NCBI GenBank assembly: GCA_951406725.2
Contig: OX597840.1
Coordinates: 20,894,001 to 20,958,000, forward strand
Length of the DNA stretch: 64,000 nucleotides
Origin: Octopus vulgaris
Lineage: Eukaryota
Direction: 5' to 3'
Shown here: positions 41,852-54,342 of the stretch, in pieces
How positions within the stretch are numbered: the first letter of the stretch is position 1
Layout: each line of letters opens with the position of its first letter
Translations under genes and position numbers: made by a program
The notes under the pieces: generated by a model
What the model was told of the DNA's origin: nothing
Seen by the model: only the letters and a program-made list of their open reading frames with translations
The model's database searches: none

Positions 41852-42227
41852 CTAGCAGTATCGCCCGGCGTTGCTCGGATTTGTAAGGGAAATAACTATA
41901 TAAGCATTTTTAGAGAGTTATAGCCAAAAAATGCATTAAAAATGGAAAAAAAATGATGGTAAATTTTATTAAAAATCGTTGGCTCATCGTAGACATTTTT
42001 AGAGAGTTACTTCACTTATAATAGCGAAAAAAATGCATTAAAATGGAAAAAAAATTATGGTAAATTTTTTTTTAAATCGTAGACTCATGCTAATACCCAG
42101 AAGGGGTCGATATGAATCACGACTATAAGATACCCGGTTTTGGTTATACTGCACCGCAAAATGTGGGAGTAGTTAGGAATCTAAATCGTAGGAGACAGAC
42201 ACACAACTTCTCTTTTATATATAAAGA
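41852..42227 (-). mobile_element. Non-autonomous Helitron, second subfamily
   Basis: Minus strand A|TCTTTATATATAAAAG ... GAGCAACGCCGGGCGATACTGCTAG|T; same 3' end as 17574-17963, different interior. Confidence 0.8.
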
Positions 42228-42551
42228 TTTTAAAATTATATATATATATATATATATAATTTTAAAATTTAAGATGAGGGTGAGGAATTCGATATTAATT
42301 TAATTAGCATCGATTTCACACCAGTGGTCTGGCATATAAAAATACTGAAGGTTCAGTAAAATTGTATTATATACATATTAGAGGGAAACCACTATGTGGA
42401 CACCGTTATGCTAGAAATAGATCCGCTATTGGTTGTTTTGCTAAATTTTTCTTGAGAACATTTCTTAGTGGTAAGACCATAACGGATCTATTTCTAGCAT
42501 AAGGGTGTCCACATAGTGGTTTCCCTCTAATATGTATATATATATATATTG

Positions 42552-42962
42552 GGATCTTTTCGGTTTGAACGGCAGTTTTTTCTAGCGGTGTCATATGAAA
42601 TTGTCACCCATAATTATGACCCAAGTATCGATCTATTGCATTTCAATCTCTTTTAGGGTTTGGATTAGAGGTGGGAGGAGGGTATCTTTTTTTCTTCACA
42701 AATGTAAATAAACCGAATCTGTTTCTTAAACGAGGGACATATTCATACGGCACAGAATGTTTTTTTTTACCTCAATAGACGTCAGTGATTGGTTGAAATT
42801 GCAGAAAAACAACAAATATCTTACAAACTATAGAATTTTCTCAATAAAGCCAAGAGAAAAAGATGTTTTATGAACACATTCTACCAATATACGAAGTTTA
42901 AAAGTGTTTAGTTACGTGGAAATTATTTTAAAAAAAAACTGCCGTTCAAACCGAAAAGATCC
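42552..42962. mobile_element. MITE with 29-bp perfect TIRs
   Basis: GGATCTTTTCGGTTTGAACGGCAGTTTTT ... AAAAACTGCCGTTCAAACCGAAAAGATCC; superfamily not resolved. Confidence 0.85.
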
Positions 42963-43044
42963 AATTTTTCTTGAGAACATTTCTTAGTGGTAAGACCATA
43001 GCGGATCTATTTCTAGCATAACGATGTCCACATAGTGGTTTCAC

Positions 43045-43080
<36 letters not shown>

Positions 43081-43821
43081 GTTTTGCCCATGTCTTCTTT
43101 GGTGTGCTGGATTCCCCAGTTCGTGGATCGCTGCCATCACAAAAGTTGGTGTGATAGTCTACCAGTGCTCCTATCTTAATATAGTTTCACATAGTTATAT
43201 ATATATATATATATAGTTATACTTTGGGATGGTCTTTTTTTAAAACTTTTTGCCAAAAACCAAACGCATTTTACGTTCGTTGTTCACTGTTTTATTTTAT
43301 TTTTGTTCATATTTTGTCTTTTATCTGGAAATCTTTTATCACATCTCCTGTGACCTCTTCAGTGACTCTCCATCCCACGTGTCTCAATACATAAATATAT
43401 ATTTATATATTATTATATGATGCCATATCAAGATTGAAGCCTGGTGCAGCCATCTGGCTCGCCAGCCCTCAGTCAAATCGTCCAACCCATGCTAGCATGG
43501 AAAGCAGACGTTAAACGATGATGGTGATAAACTGTATACACCTGGTAGCTTATTGAATGAAAGAACTTGCAGAAGATGGTTTTCAAAATGGAGTTGAACG
43601 CTGATGCTATTCAAATTCATTTACTTTCGACATATGTTTCGAAGACAACATTGGTTTTATTCCAAAGGATTAAACAGTGTAAACAAAGGATAATTCATTC
43701 ACCCATTTATATATATATATATACACACTCTAATATTCACATATCTATATATATATTATATATACCTTGATATCCACTTATCATATATACTCAGGTATCC
43801 ATTTCTAATCTCTCTTTGCAG

Positions 43822-44070
43822 CCAAATGTTTTGCTGGAATTGCTCACTGATATGGAGGTCTACGTGAAAGCATTTTATGGATTTGCCAACAATGCCATGG
43901 ATTTCCTCTACCAACACTTTAGCAACGATCTCACTTCTAAACAACTCTCTTACGTCACGGACCAATACTACCTGTCAGTATTCAGAGGTCACGGTCCAAA
44001 CTTTGGACAGCGCATTGAGATTTGGATACTGAAGAATCCACTTGCTTGTTCCATACAACAGTGCAACTAA
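43822..44070 (+). CDS. Tandem-SOUL protein terminal coding exon
   Basis: tctctttgcag acceptor; PNVLLELLTDMEVYVKAFYG...DQYYLSVF...GQRIEIWILKNPLACSIQQCN* (SOUL YVR.F.G, YY.A.Y, R.NEVW). Confidence 0.9.
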   Translation, partial: PNVLLELLTDMEVYVKAFYGFANNAMDFLYQHFSNDLTSKQLSYVTDQYYLSVFRGHGPNFGQRIEIWILKNPLACSIQQCN

Positions 44071-44395
44071 TTCTTTGCTGTTTGGTTCTTGGTTCTTTTT
44101 ATTTTGATTTCAATTTTCTATCAGCACACACACACACATACACTACTCGAAATGTTAATCCCCTCCCCACACCTCAAATCATTTTGATAAAAACAAGAAA
44201 TATACTAATATCTACCGAACATTTGACAAAACTTTCTACATTAAATCCAATGTATACACACACACACTTATATACAAATATATATATAGTTAATCCAAAC
44301 AAGAAAACACAGAAAAAAAGAGAAAAAAACACAGCAACGCGAGGACGTGGAACAATTAAAGTATTATTGACGCTCAGGAAAGAAGGGAAGGAGGG

Positions 44396-44428
44396 TTTAA
44401 CGTTTCGAGCGGAGCTCTTCGTCGGAAA
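44396..44428 (-). ncRNA. Minimal hammerhead motif, family 3
   Basis: TTT-CCGACGA-A-GAGC TCC GCTC-GAAA-CG-TT-AAA on the minus strand (U4-to-C variant). Confidence 0.5.
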
Positions 44429-44593
44429 CAAGGAGAAGGAAAGATCCCAAGAAGGGAAGACAGAGGAAAAAATATTTTTGCTGGTGGTGCTCAAGAGATC
44501 ACATGTTGAAAGAACAGAAGTTCTTATATATATATACCGTTGGAGATTTTTTTCCCTCTGTCTTCCCTTCCTTGGATCTTTCCTTTTCCTATG

Positions 44594-44626
44594 TTTCTGA
44601 CAAAGAGCTCCGCTTGAAACGTTAAA
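44594..44626 (+). ncRNA. Minimal hammerhead motif, family 3 (inverted partner)
   Basis: TTT-CTGACAA-A-GAGC TCC GCTT-GAAA-CG-TT-AAA; the consensus of the two copies is CTGACGA. Confidence 0.5.
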
Positions 44627-47600
44627 TCCTCCTTCTTTCTTTCCTTTCCTGAGCGTCCAATAATACTATACTTGTTCCACGTCCTCACGTTGTTGTGTTT
44701 TCTCTTTGTGTTTCCATGTTTGGATTAACTTTATATATATATATATATATCTAAATGTAATATGGGACAATTATTTAATAGCCATGATAAAACTCAGTTT
44801 TATCATGGCTACTGAATAATTGTCACATATTACATTTACTACAGCTAGATTCCTCTATTTACATATCGAGGTCTCTTTCATTCTTTTGTTGTCTTACCAT
44901 TTCTATCAATATATATATATTATGTATTTGGTGGTGAGAATAATTTCTTGGGTAGCTCCAGAGAGACGTCAAAGCAAGACATCTTCTCAACGAAGTAGGA
45001 AAAAAATACAAGATTTTTTCTCAGAGACTGCTTCTAATTCACCAAGAAACTGTGTTCTTCATATCCATAACTGTCTTATGACTTACCAACGACAGAACCT
45101 GTTAAACAAAACATATTTCTGTGTGTGTGTGTGTGTGTGTACCCATAACTTAACTGCTGCATGACTTACTAACAAATCTGCTAAATAAAGTATATATTTT
45201 TCTATCTCTATCTATCTATGTATATATATATACAGTATAACTGTATAAAATGGTATTATATCACAAATAAACTATGAAATTGCTAGACAGTGTTTGAATT
45301 ATTTTTTTGTTGTATTGTTTTTTTTTCTATTAAATGTTTTTCTTCAGCCTTGGGACTCATCAGTCTAGCCACCCAGTTTCCATGGTAATGGAAATGTGGC
45401 TGAGATCACAGCATTACACCTCAAAGGGAAAACTTCTCCATTGCAGGGTTTGAGAGCAGAAATTTTGAGGGGAGGGGGAAGTCAACTGCATCAATTGCAG
45501 TGCTTGGATACTTGAGCCGTTCAAAGGAGCAAGACATCCAGCACCTTGCTGTACTCAAGAAGATCCATCCTCCACAGTAGAAGAGTCGATCCGATTCCCC
45601 TTGCTGAAGAGGATTGACCTGCAGGGACCCTGTGTCAGTGCTATGTCAAAAGCACCCATGCAAGTACCACATAAAATGCACCCAGTACGCTCTATAAAGT
45701 GGTTGGTGTTAAGAAGGTCGTCCAGTCAGAAAAGCTAAAGTTACATTCTTCTTAAGCCATACTGACTCATAAGGGCCGTTTCCTGGCTTCCACAGAGTCC
45801 TTAAATCCTTAAAAATGTTTTAGCCCGAAGGCCGCGGCCATGCTGGAGCACCACCGCTGATATATTTATATATCCGGTTTATATATTTATTCTCCACCAT
45901 CACAGGGTTACTCCTTTTTGCTGGCCGAGTGCACTGGTGCAACGTGAAATGCATTACCTGATCCAGGAATCGAAACCGCGATCTTATAATCATGAGTCCA
46001 GCACCCAAACCACCAAGCCATGTGCCATCCAGCCATAGAAACCAAGTGGAATCAGGCTGGAACCTCGTACAGGTCTCCAGCTTGGCCAGTTCTGGTCAAA
46101 CCATCCAACCCATGTCAGTATGGACAATGGATGTTAAATGATGATGATGATGATGGTGATATATATCATCATGGCTCCAGGTTCAGTCCCACTGTGTGGC
46201 ACCTTGGGCAAGTGTCTATATATAGCTATAACTTTGGGCCAACCCAAAAGCCTTACGAGTGGAATTGGTAGACAGAAACTGAAAGAGGCCCATCATATAT
46301 ATACATACATGTGTGTGTGTTTGTCCCCCCTCATCATCGCTTGACAACCGGTGTTGGTGTGTTTACATCCCTGTAACTTAGTGGTTCAGCAAAGAGACTG
46401 ATACAAGTACTTCAAGACAATGCTCCAGCATGGCCACAGTCAGATGACTGAAACAAGTAAAAGACTAAATGAACATATATATGTGTGTGTGTGTGTGTAT
46501 AGGTATATGTGTGTGCGCGCGTGCTTGTGTCTTCTTGACTAGGCATCACATACTAGTCGTAAATGAGTGTCCCTGTCATACAAGCAGTGTCAGTCATTTC
46601 CAATATTCTGTGTCAACATGCCTGACCACCAGGAAATCCTAATCTTACTTGGGGACACAGGTGAGGGTTAGCAACAGGAAAAACATCCGGCTGGAGAAAA
46701 CCTGCCTCAAATAATCTCCAACCAATCCACCCTGCAAGCATGGCAAATTAGACTCTATTTGATGATGATGATAAAGGAATGAAAGGTAAAGTTGACCCCA
46801 ACAGGATTTGAACTCAGAGCCTAAAGAGCTTGAAGGAACGCTGCTGAGCATTTGGTCCAACATGCAAATAATTGCTGCCTCTTAGCTTATGGACAGGCAT
46901 GGTGTCTTTCTTTTCAATTTCATTTCCGGCTTCCTTTCATTTTTATTTAAGAGTATTTTGGGGCGCAGGAGTGGCTCTGTGGTAAGTAGCTTGCTTACAA
47001 ACTACATGGTTCTGGGTTCAGTCCCACTGCGTGGCACCTTGGGCAAGTGTCTTCTACTATAGCCCCGGGCCAACCAATGCCTTGTGAGTGGATTTGGTAG
47101 ACGGAAACTGAAAGAAGCCTGTCGTATATATGTATGTGTATGTGTGTGTTTGTGTGTCTGTGTTTGTCCCCCTAGCATTGCTTGACAACCGATGCTGGTG
47201 TGTTTGCGTCCCTGTAACTTAGCGGTTCGGCAAAACAGACCGATAGAATAAGTACTGGGCTTACAAAGAATAAGTCCCGGGGTCGAGTTGCTCGACTAAA
47301 GGCGGTGCTCCAGCATGGCCGCAGTCCAATGACTGAAACAAGTAAAAGAGTAATAGCTTACAGTTTGGGTGTGTTTATTTATTGAGTCAATTTCACTGAT
47401 CCCCTACCATGTTGCCCTTCATCTGGCTAGAACCATGCACCAGCTACAGATTTGGTCGGTAGCCCTCAATGGTTGTCCTAAAGGAACTTCCGGTTCTCCT
47501 CTAAATCACCAGTTTCTATCTCCTCCTCCTTCTTGTCAAATTCCTTAATTAGTACTTCATTAAATTTATGACTATTCCCCGAATCCTAAATCATTTAGCA

Positions 47601-49954
47601 TTTAAACAGGCCAAATCAAGCCCAAATATTTCCCCCCTTTTTTATATCCAAATCAGCAAGATGGAAAAGGGACCAATAGAACAAATACTAAGCTTACAAA
47701 GAATAAGTCCAGGGGTTGATTTCTTTGATTTAAAAAAAAACCTTTAAGGCGGTGCTCCAGCATGGCAGCAGTCTGATAACTGAAACAAGTAAAAGAATAA
47801 AAGAAAAGAGTGTAGGTAACCAAGTGAGTGGCTGGTTTCTCCAAGTCAACCCTTCAGCATTTAAACGGGCCCTAAGTAGGCTCCTTATTTAATCTTCAAA
47901 TTGGCCATGTTGGACCTCTCTCACCTACCCTGCAATGTCATTCTAAAACAAAAAAAAATCACATCAATGAAATCACAAAGCTTCAAGATAAAGCATGATT
48001 AATCCAAAACAGTGGGAATAAACGAGCATTGCATTTGATAGAGGAATCTGAATGGTGAAGGGCTGAACCCTTTTTTTCCCAGGCTGTTTTCTGTCTGAGT
48101 CCTTTTAGCTCCACATCTGAAGTCCCTAAGCTAGTCCTGGCATGTAGAATATTCTTCACGAGGGAAAGACCTTGTATTCCCAAGTACCCATGTATCCTGA
48201 TTTCTGGAGAGAATGCAATCAATCTGATGTGCGCCCCAGACTGATGGCACCGTGTAATCAGATTTTGGTCCTTGGCTAGCAACTGTTGTTTCTTATTTGC
48301 TTACCCTTAGAAAGTATGAATAAAATGGCACAGGAGTGGCTGGGTGGTAAGAAGCTTGCTTCACAACCACGTGGTTCTGGGTTCAGTCCCACTGCATGGT
48401 ACCTTGGGCAAGTGTCTTCTACTATAGCCTCGGGTCAACCAAAGCCTTGTGAGTAGATTTAGTAGACAGAAACTGAAAGAAGCCCGTCATACATATATAT
48501 ATATATATATGCATTTGTGTGTCTGTGTTTGTCTTGCCACCATCGCTTGACAACCGATGCTGGTGTGTTTACATCCCCATAACTTAGCAGTTCAGCAAAA
48601 GTGACCGCTAGAATAAGTACTAGGCTTACAGAGAATAAGTCTGAGTTCAAATTCTGCAAACACCAACTTTGCTTTTCGTCATTTCAGGGTTGGCAAAATT
48701 AAATATCAATCTAGTACTGAGACCAATGAGATCAACTAAAACTGACCCTTAAATTATTGCTGGCCTTGTGCCATAATTTGAAACCCTTATTAATATCAAT
48801 GCTGATGAGAAGGCTGCGAGCTGGCAAAATTGTTAGCACAATGGGTAACATGTTTAGCAGTATTTTGTCTGTATGTTCCACTGCAGTCAACTTTGCCTTT
48901 CATCATCATCATCATCATCGTTTAACGTCTGCTTTCCATGCTGCCATGGGTTAGACGGTTTGACTGAGGACTGGTGAGCCAGATGGCTGCACCAGGCTCC
49001 AATCTGATCTGGCAAAGTTTCTACAGCTGAATGCCCTTCCTAACGCCAACCACTCCAAGAGTGTAGTGGATGCTTTTATGTGCCACCTGCACGAGGGTCA
49101 GTCAGGCGGTTCTGGCAACAACCACGCTCAAAAGTGTTTTCTACATGCTACCTGCACAGGAGCCAGTCCGGCAACACTGGCAACGACCACGCTCGAATGT
49201 TGTTTTTCACGTGCCACCAGCACATGTGTCGGTAAAGCAATGCTAGCAACGATCACACTCAAATGGTGCTTTTCACGTGTCACTAGCATGGGAGCAAATC
49301 CATTGCTCTGGCAAAGATCACGCTCGGATGTGCTTTTAACATTCCACTGGCACAAGTGCCAATCCGGCGGCACTGTCATTGGCCACATCAGCGATTTTGA
49401 TTTGTCTACACTTGCCTCTTCGCAAGCCAAGTTCATTGTCCAATGAATAAGGGGTACTCATAAGTAGGCTGGTTACACCCTACATTCGGATGTGCTTTTA
49501 ACGTTCCACTGGCATGGGTGCCAATCAGGCGGCACAGTCATTGGCCACGTCAGCGATTTCATTTTTGAAACTGCTGACCTTGAGCTAAAAAACAAATTGA
49601 TATCAATATTAATGCTGATTTGAATTTCACTTAACCTGGATCTTTTTACATTTAAATCATTACAACTACTTAAATAGATAACGAAATATGTACAGATTAC
49701 AAACGAGACCAATGTCAATAGAAAAGTTCTTTTGCTTTCGATTATACAAGATATGAGGGACAGACGCGAAACACTGAGTAATTTTATCATAGGTTGTAAG
49801 GAAAATGCGGATCAATGTAACTCATCTTTGTTAAAGACTGCATCAAGTGTGAATCTGTGGCAGAGCATGGGGAAGTAGACATTAGCCCTTTAAGCATTCA
49901 GATTACTCAGTCAAATGTAAGGCTTGGCATTAGGGAGGGCATCCAGCTGTAGAA

Positions 49955-50408
49955 GCTCTAAGTAGAGATTTCAAACTTAAAATCTTCAAAGCCACAGTTG
50001 AACCAATTCTACTATATGGCTCAGAAACCTGGACGTTATCAAAGAAGCTTGAGAGGCGGTTGGATGGAACCTACACTCGCCTCCTTATGAGAGCTCTAAA
50101 TCTCTCGTAGAAGTGTCATTCCAACCAAAGTGCAAATATATGGGAAATTACCACCTGTGTCATCTCTTGTGAAAGGTAGAAGAGTCCAGTTTGCTGGACA
50201 TTGTTGTAATTTCTACTCTTCTCCTCTGGAAGCCATCTGCTCGCGATACCAGAGGGCGCACACTCTCCTACCCTGATGTAATCTCCAGGGATACAGGCAT
50301 CCAGCAACAGGACCTCCGTAATGCTATGAAGGACCGTGAAGTCTGGCGTAACATAGTAAATTCCCTTGTCTCGACCACGGTCAAACAATGATGATGATGA
50401 TGATGATG
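49955..50408 (+). mobile_element. RTE-clade LINE 3' fragment with (TGA)n tail
   Basis: IFKATVEPILLYGSETWTLSKKLERRLDGTYTRLL; AMKDREVWRNIV. Confidence 0.85.
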
Positions 50409-51643
50409 CCAAATCAGATTGGAACCTGATGCACCTGACTGGTTTCCAATCAAACTGTCCAACCCATGCCAGCATGGAAAACAGACGTTAAATGATGATG
50501 GTCACGTAGCTTCCAGATTTCAATGCTGTAACTGTTTTAATGTTAGGGTAGGTGTGAGAGGCTGCATCTGGTCAGTCTGAACATAGAAGAGGGAGACCAT
50601 CTGGGCCAGATACGGCTGGTTTGACTACTTAAAGGGTTAAAGCAATGATGATGATGATGACAATGACGATGATATAGTTTTCTTTTTTCATCTCTTTATC
50701 TGTTTCAGTCATTTGACTGCGGCCATGCTGGGGCACTATCTTGAGTCTTTAGCCAGATGAATCAACCCCAGCATGGCCACAGTCAAAAGAGTGAAACAAG
50801 TAAAAGGCTGGAAATAAAAAACAAACGGTAAAATTTCAAACAGAAAAAAAAAATTCTTTTTTTAAAAATTAAAACATTGATTTAAAAAACCAAGCAGTTT
50901 GGCTTTAGTTTATCTCATAGATTAAATTTATTTTTGAAATCGAGTTTTAGAAAAATGACACATGTTAAAGTCCTTCAATTCCCATGAATGCAAAAAAAAA
51001 AAAAAAAAAAAAAAAAAATTAAAATTTTGCTACAACAGAACAAATTTTTTTTTTTTTTTTAAATCTTCTTTAAATGAAAAGTGGCAACATTAGTTCGTTC
51101 TCTCACTTTTGCCGAAGTTTTTTCCTGACACACACACACACATACACATACATGTACATACAGACATAAACGCAAACATGTACATGTGTGTATGTATATG
51201 TATGTATATGTGTGTGTGTGTGTATACATATATATATACGTGTGTGTACATATATACACACATATATAATTTTCTTTAATAATAATAACAATAATAATCA
51301 TTACTATTATTGTTAAATGTATGTACATGTCTGTGTGTGTGTACGTGTATGTCTACGATGGTATCCGTGTTTAAGTGCCATTTTATAATTATTATTATTA
51401 TTTTTTGTTTTTTTTTATTAATATATTGTTTTTGTCCTTTTTGCTTTTTTTCTTTTCTTTTGCTTCTTTCTCTCTTTCCAAAAGAAAAAGGGAAAAAGAA
51501 AAAAAATGGTTAAATACAATGAGTAAGCGGTGGTTGTCACAAATGTGTGTTGTGATGTTCCCCCTATGAACGTAGAAGTTGTAGTAGTAGTAGTAGTACT
51601 TGTAGTAGTAGTAGTAGTGTTAGTAGAAGTAGTTTAATCAAGT

Positions 51644-51683
<40 letters not shown>

Positions 51684-52187
51684 TGGGGGGGTCAGAGTGG
51701 ACTGGTGTGTTTGGTGATGTCTAAAAGGCTAAAAAGAGACACTTTGTACAAAATACTGACTTGACAGGCAAAATGATGACGGGGTCCGTATGGTATGTAG
51801 AAGGTAAGCAAGGGGGATCTCCTTTTTTTTTTTTAATATTTTGGGGATCAAATGGCTCAGTGACACATGTAACAAACCATACTCGCAGCTAAAAATAAAA
51901 AATAAAGATGAAGACACACTATACACACACACACACACACACACGTGCATACGTACATACGCACACAGAGCTTTTAAAAAACAGATTATGAAGATGTTTG
52001 GTCAAGTGATGTCATATACACTATTTTCTTTTTTTTTATTTGTTGATGAGATGATGTGAGAAAGGAAGAAGGAGAGAGAGAGAGGGAGAGAGGGAGAGGA
52101 GAAATTATACCAGCAGGGGTGAAATAGATGAATGGGTCAGAGGAGGTGTAAGAAAGAGCAAGCAGGTGGGTGACTGGTCACGGCCTG

Positions 52188-52293
52188 CTAATGGTGCTCG
52201 AGGATTTCCCAAAGGCAGTTAGCTAATGCATTGGAGGACTCCACTGCGCTCATTGCAGTGTAGCCCAGATAGGTTTCATGCTTCTTCATTAAT
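52188..52293 (-). CDS. Terminal exon of an unidentified gene
   Basis: Strong acceptor ttttctctctttttcag; phase-0 frame INEEA* (stop 52276-52278) or phase-2 frame LMKKHETYLGYTAMSAVESSNALANCLWEILEHH*; followed by UTR-like sequence to ~51 kb. Confidence 0.6.
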
Positions 52294-54072
52294 CTGAAAA
52301 AGAGAGAAAAAGAAAAAAAACAAATTACACATTACATAATGACAAAGATATTGACGAGATAAAACAACCCCAGAGTTTAACCGGTACTCATTTTACTGAC
52401 CCCAGCACAATTTAAACCCAGAACAGAAAAGTGGACGAAATACCTATTTCTTTACTACCCACAAGGGGCTAAACACAGAAGGGACAAACAAGGACAGACA
52501 AATGGATTAAGTCGATTATATCGACCCCAGTGCGTAACCGGTACTTATTTAATTGACCCCAAAAGGATGAAAGGCAAAGTCGACCTCAGCAGAACTTGAA
52601 CTCAGAACGTAATGGCAGACGAAATACCACTAAGCATTTCACCTGGGGTGCTAACGATTCTGCTAACTCACCGCCTTCCACATAAAGACAGGTGAAATAC
52701 CTATTTCTTTACTATCCACAAGGTGCTAAACACAGAAGGGACAAACAAGGACAGACAAAGAGATTAAATTGATTATATCGACCCCAGTGCGTAACTGGTA
52801 CTTAATTTATCAACCCTGAAAGGATGAAAGGCAAAGTCAACCTCGGCAGAATTTGAACTCAGAACATAACGACAGACAAAATAGCGTTATGCATTTCACC
52901 TGGCATGCTAACGATTCTGCCATCTTATATAATAACATGATATTGACGAGATAAAACAAATAGAAAATATGTAATAAACAATAAAATTACAAACAAAATA
53001 TTACGATAGAAAATAGAAAGGAAGGAAAGAAAATGGAATGATTATTTGCAAAAGATTCTTGATGCTTCTACAGATTGAGGGCAGCAGAGAAACAGTTGCC
53101 ATTTGGTTGAATGAAGAGATATTAACCGTTTGTGATGATGGGCAAAGATATCGAGTGTCCCTGGTGGCTGGAGACGTATTGTTTGTGGCAGGCAAAAAAG
53201 ATATTGACTGAGGTGACCAAACTAAGAGGGATTACTGATTGTTGATCGTATGCAGTTTACGGTGGGATGCACCTTCAAAATATTGGAAACCCCCGCCTAG
53301 CTCAGTTGAAAGAAAGCTAAAATAGAACAAGGCATTTTATCTTTTATTCATTTCAGTCATTAGACTGTGGCCATGCTGGGGCACCACCTTGAAGAATTTT
53401 TAGTGGAATGGATTGACCCCAGAACCTTATTATTTTTAAAGCCTGGTACTTATTCTATTGGACCCTTGTGCTGAACCAATAAGTTACGGGGACGTGAACA
53501 CACCAATGCCAGTGGTCAAGTGGTGATGAGAGACGGCTGGTGTTGGTGTAACTTAGCAGTTTGGCAAGTAGAATAAGTACCGGACTTTTAAAGAAATGGA
53601 ATGCTAAGTAATGTTTTTAGGAAAAGTTACCAACCTTCGGCCAAGTGTTGAGTATCGTGATAAATTCCTTAAAATCAAAGCTGCAGTTAATCTGATGTGT
53701 TTTGTAACTGGTCCTTCACGAGCTTCCTGTAGAAAGCCAAAAATACAAAAAAAAAGTGAATTCTAAATGTAACAAGAAAAAAAATAAATAAATAAAACGG
53801 AAAAGAAGCAGCTGATATAACATCCTCATCATTATAAGTTTTATTTGATCTTTGATTTTCCTTTTGGCTTGGACGATGCAAAGCTGATAGAAAACACTAT
53901 GCACACACGCAAAACCTACATACACACATGCACAAACACAGAGCTATGGGAGAAGATACTTGCTTAAGGTGTTGCACAGGGGGACTGAATTATGATCAAA
54001 TGGGGCTCGTTTGTTAGATAATAATAGCAGGTGCTCGCCAAAACAGAGATTAAACCTTGCTACAGTATTTAA

Positions 54073-54342
54073 CTCTTTAGCATTTACATCAGCCATATCC
54101 GGCCCCAAAATATCCAACCTGTTTTACATTCAAACTGACCAGATCCTGCCTCTCACACTTACCCTACAATGTCGTTTCTAAAAATGAACAATCACATCCA
54201 AGCTTTGAGATAATGCATGATTAATTCAAAAGAATTCTTTTCTTCTTTCATACATTTCAGCCCTAAGGCTGTGGCCATGCTACAGCACCACCAGTATATA
54301 AATAAGCATTATATTTGACACAATAATCCGAATGCTGAAGGA
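54073..54342. mobile_element. piggyBac-like MITE
   Basis: TTAA flanks and degenerate CCCTTTAGCATT TIRs; relatives at ~47850-48068, 49886-50640, 58079-58300, 14710-15385. Confidence 0.65.

Noticed and set aside
45348-45384. AG/GT-bounded 37-nt segment on the + strand
   Set aside because: Lies downstream of the SOUL stop codon with no partner exons or homology
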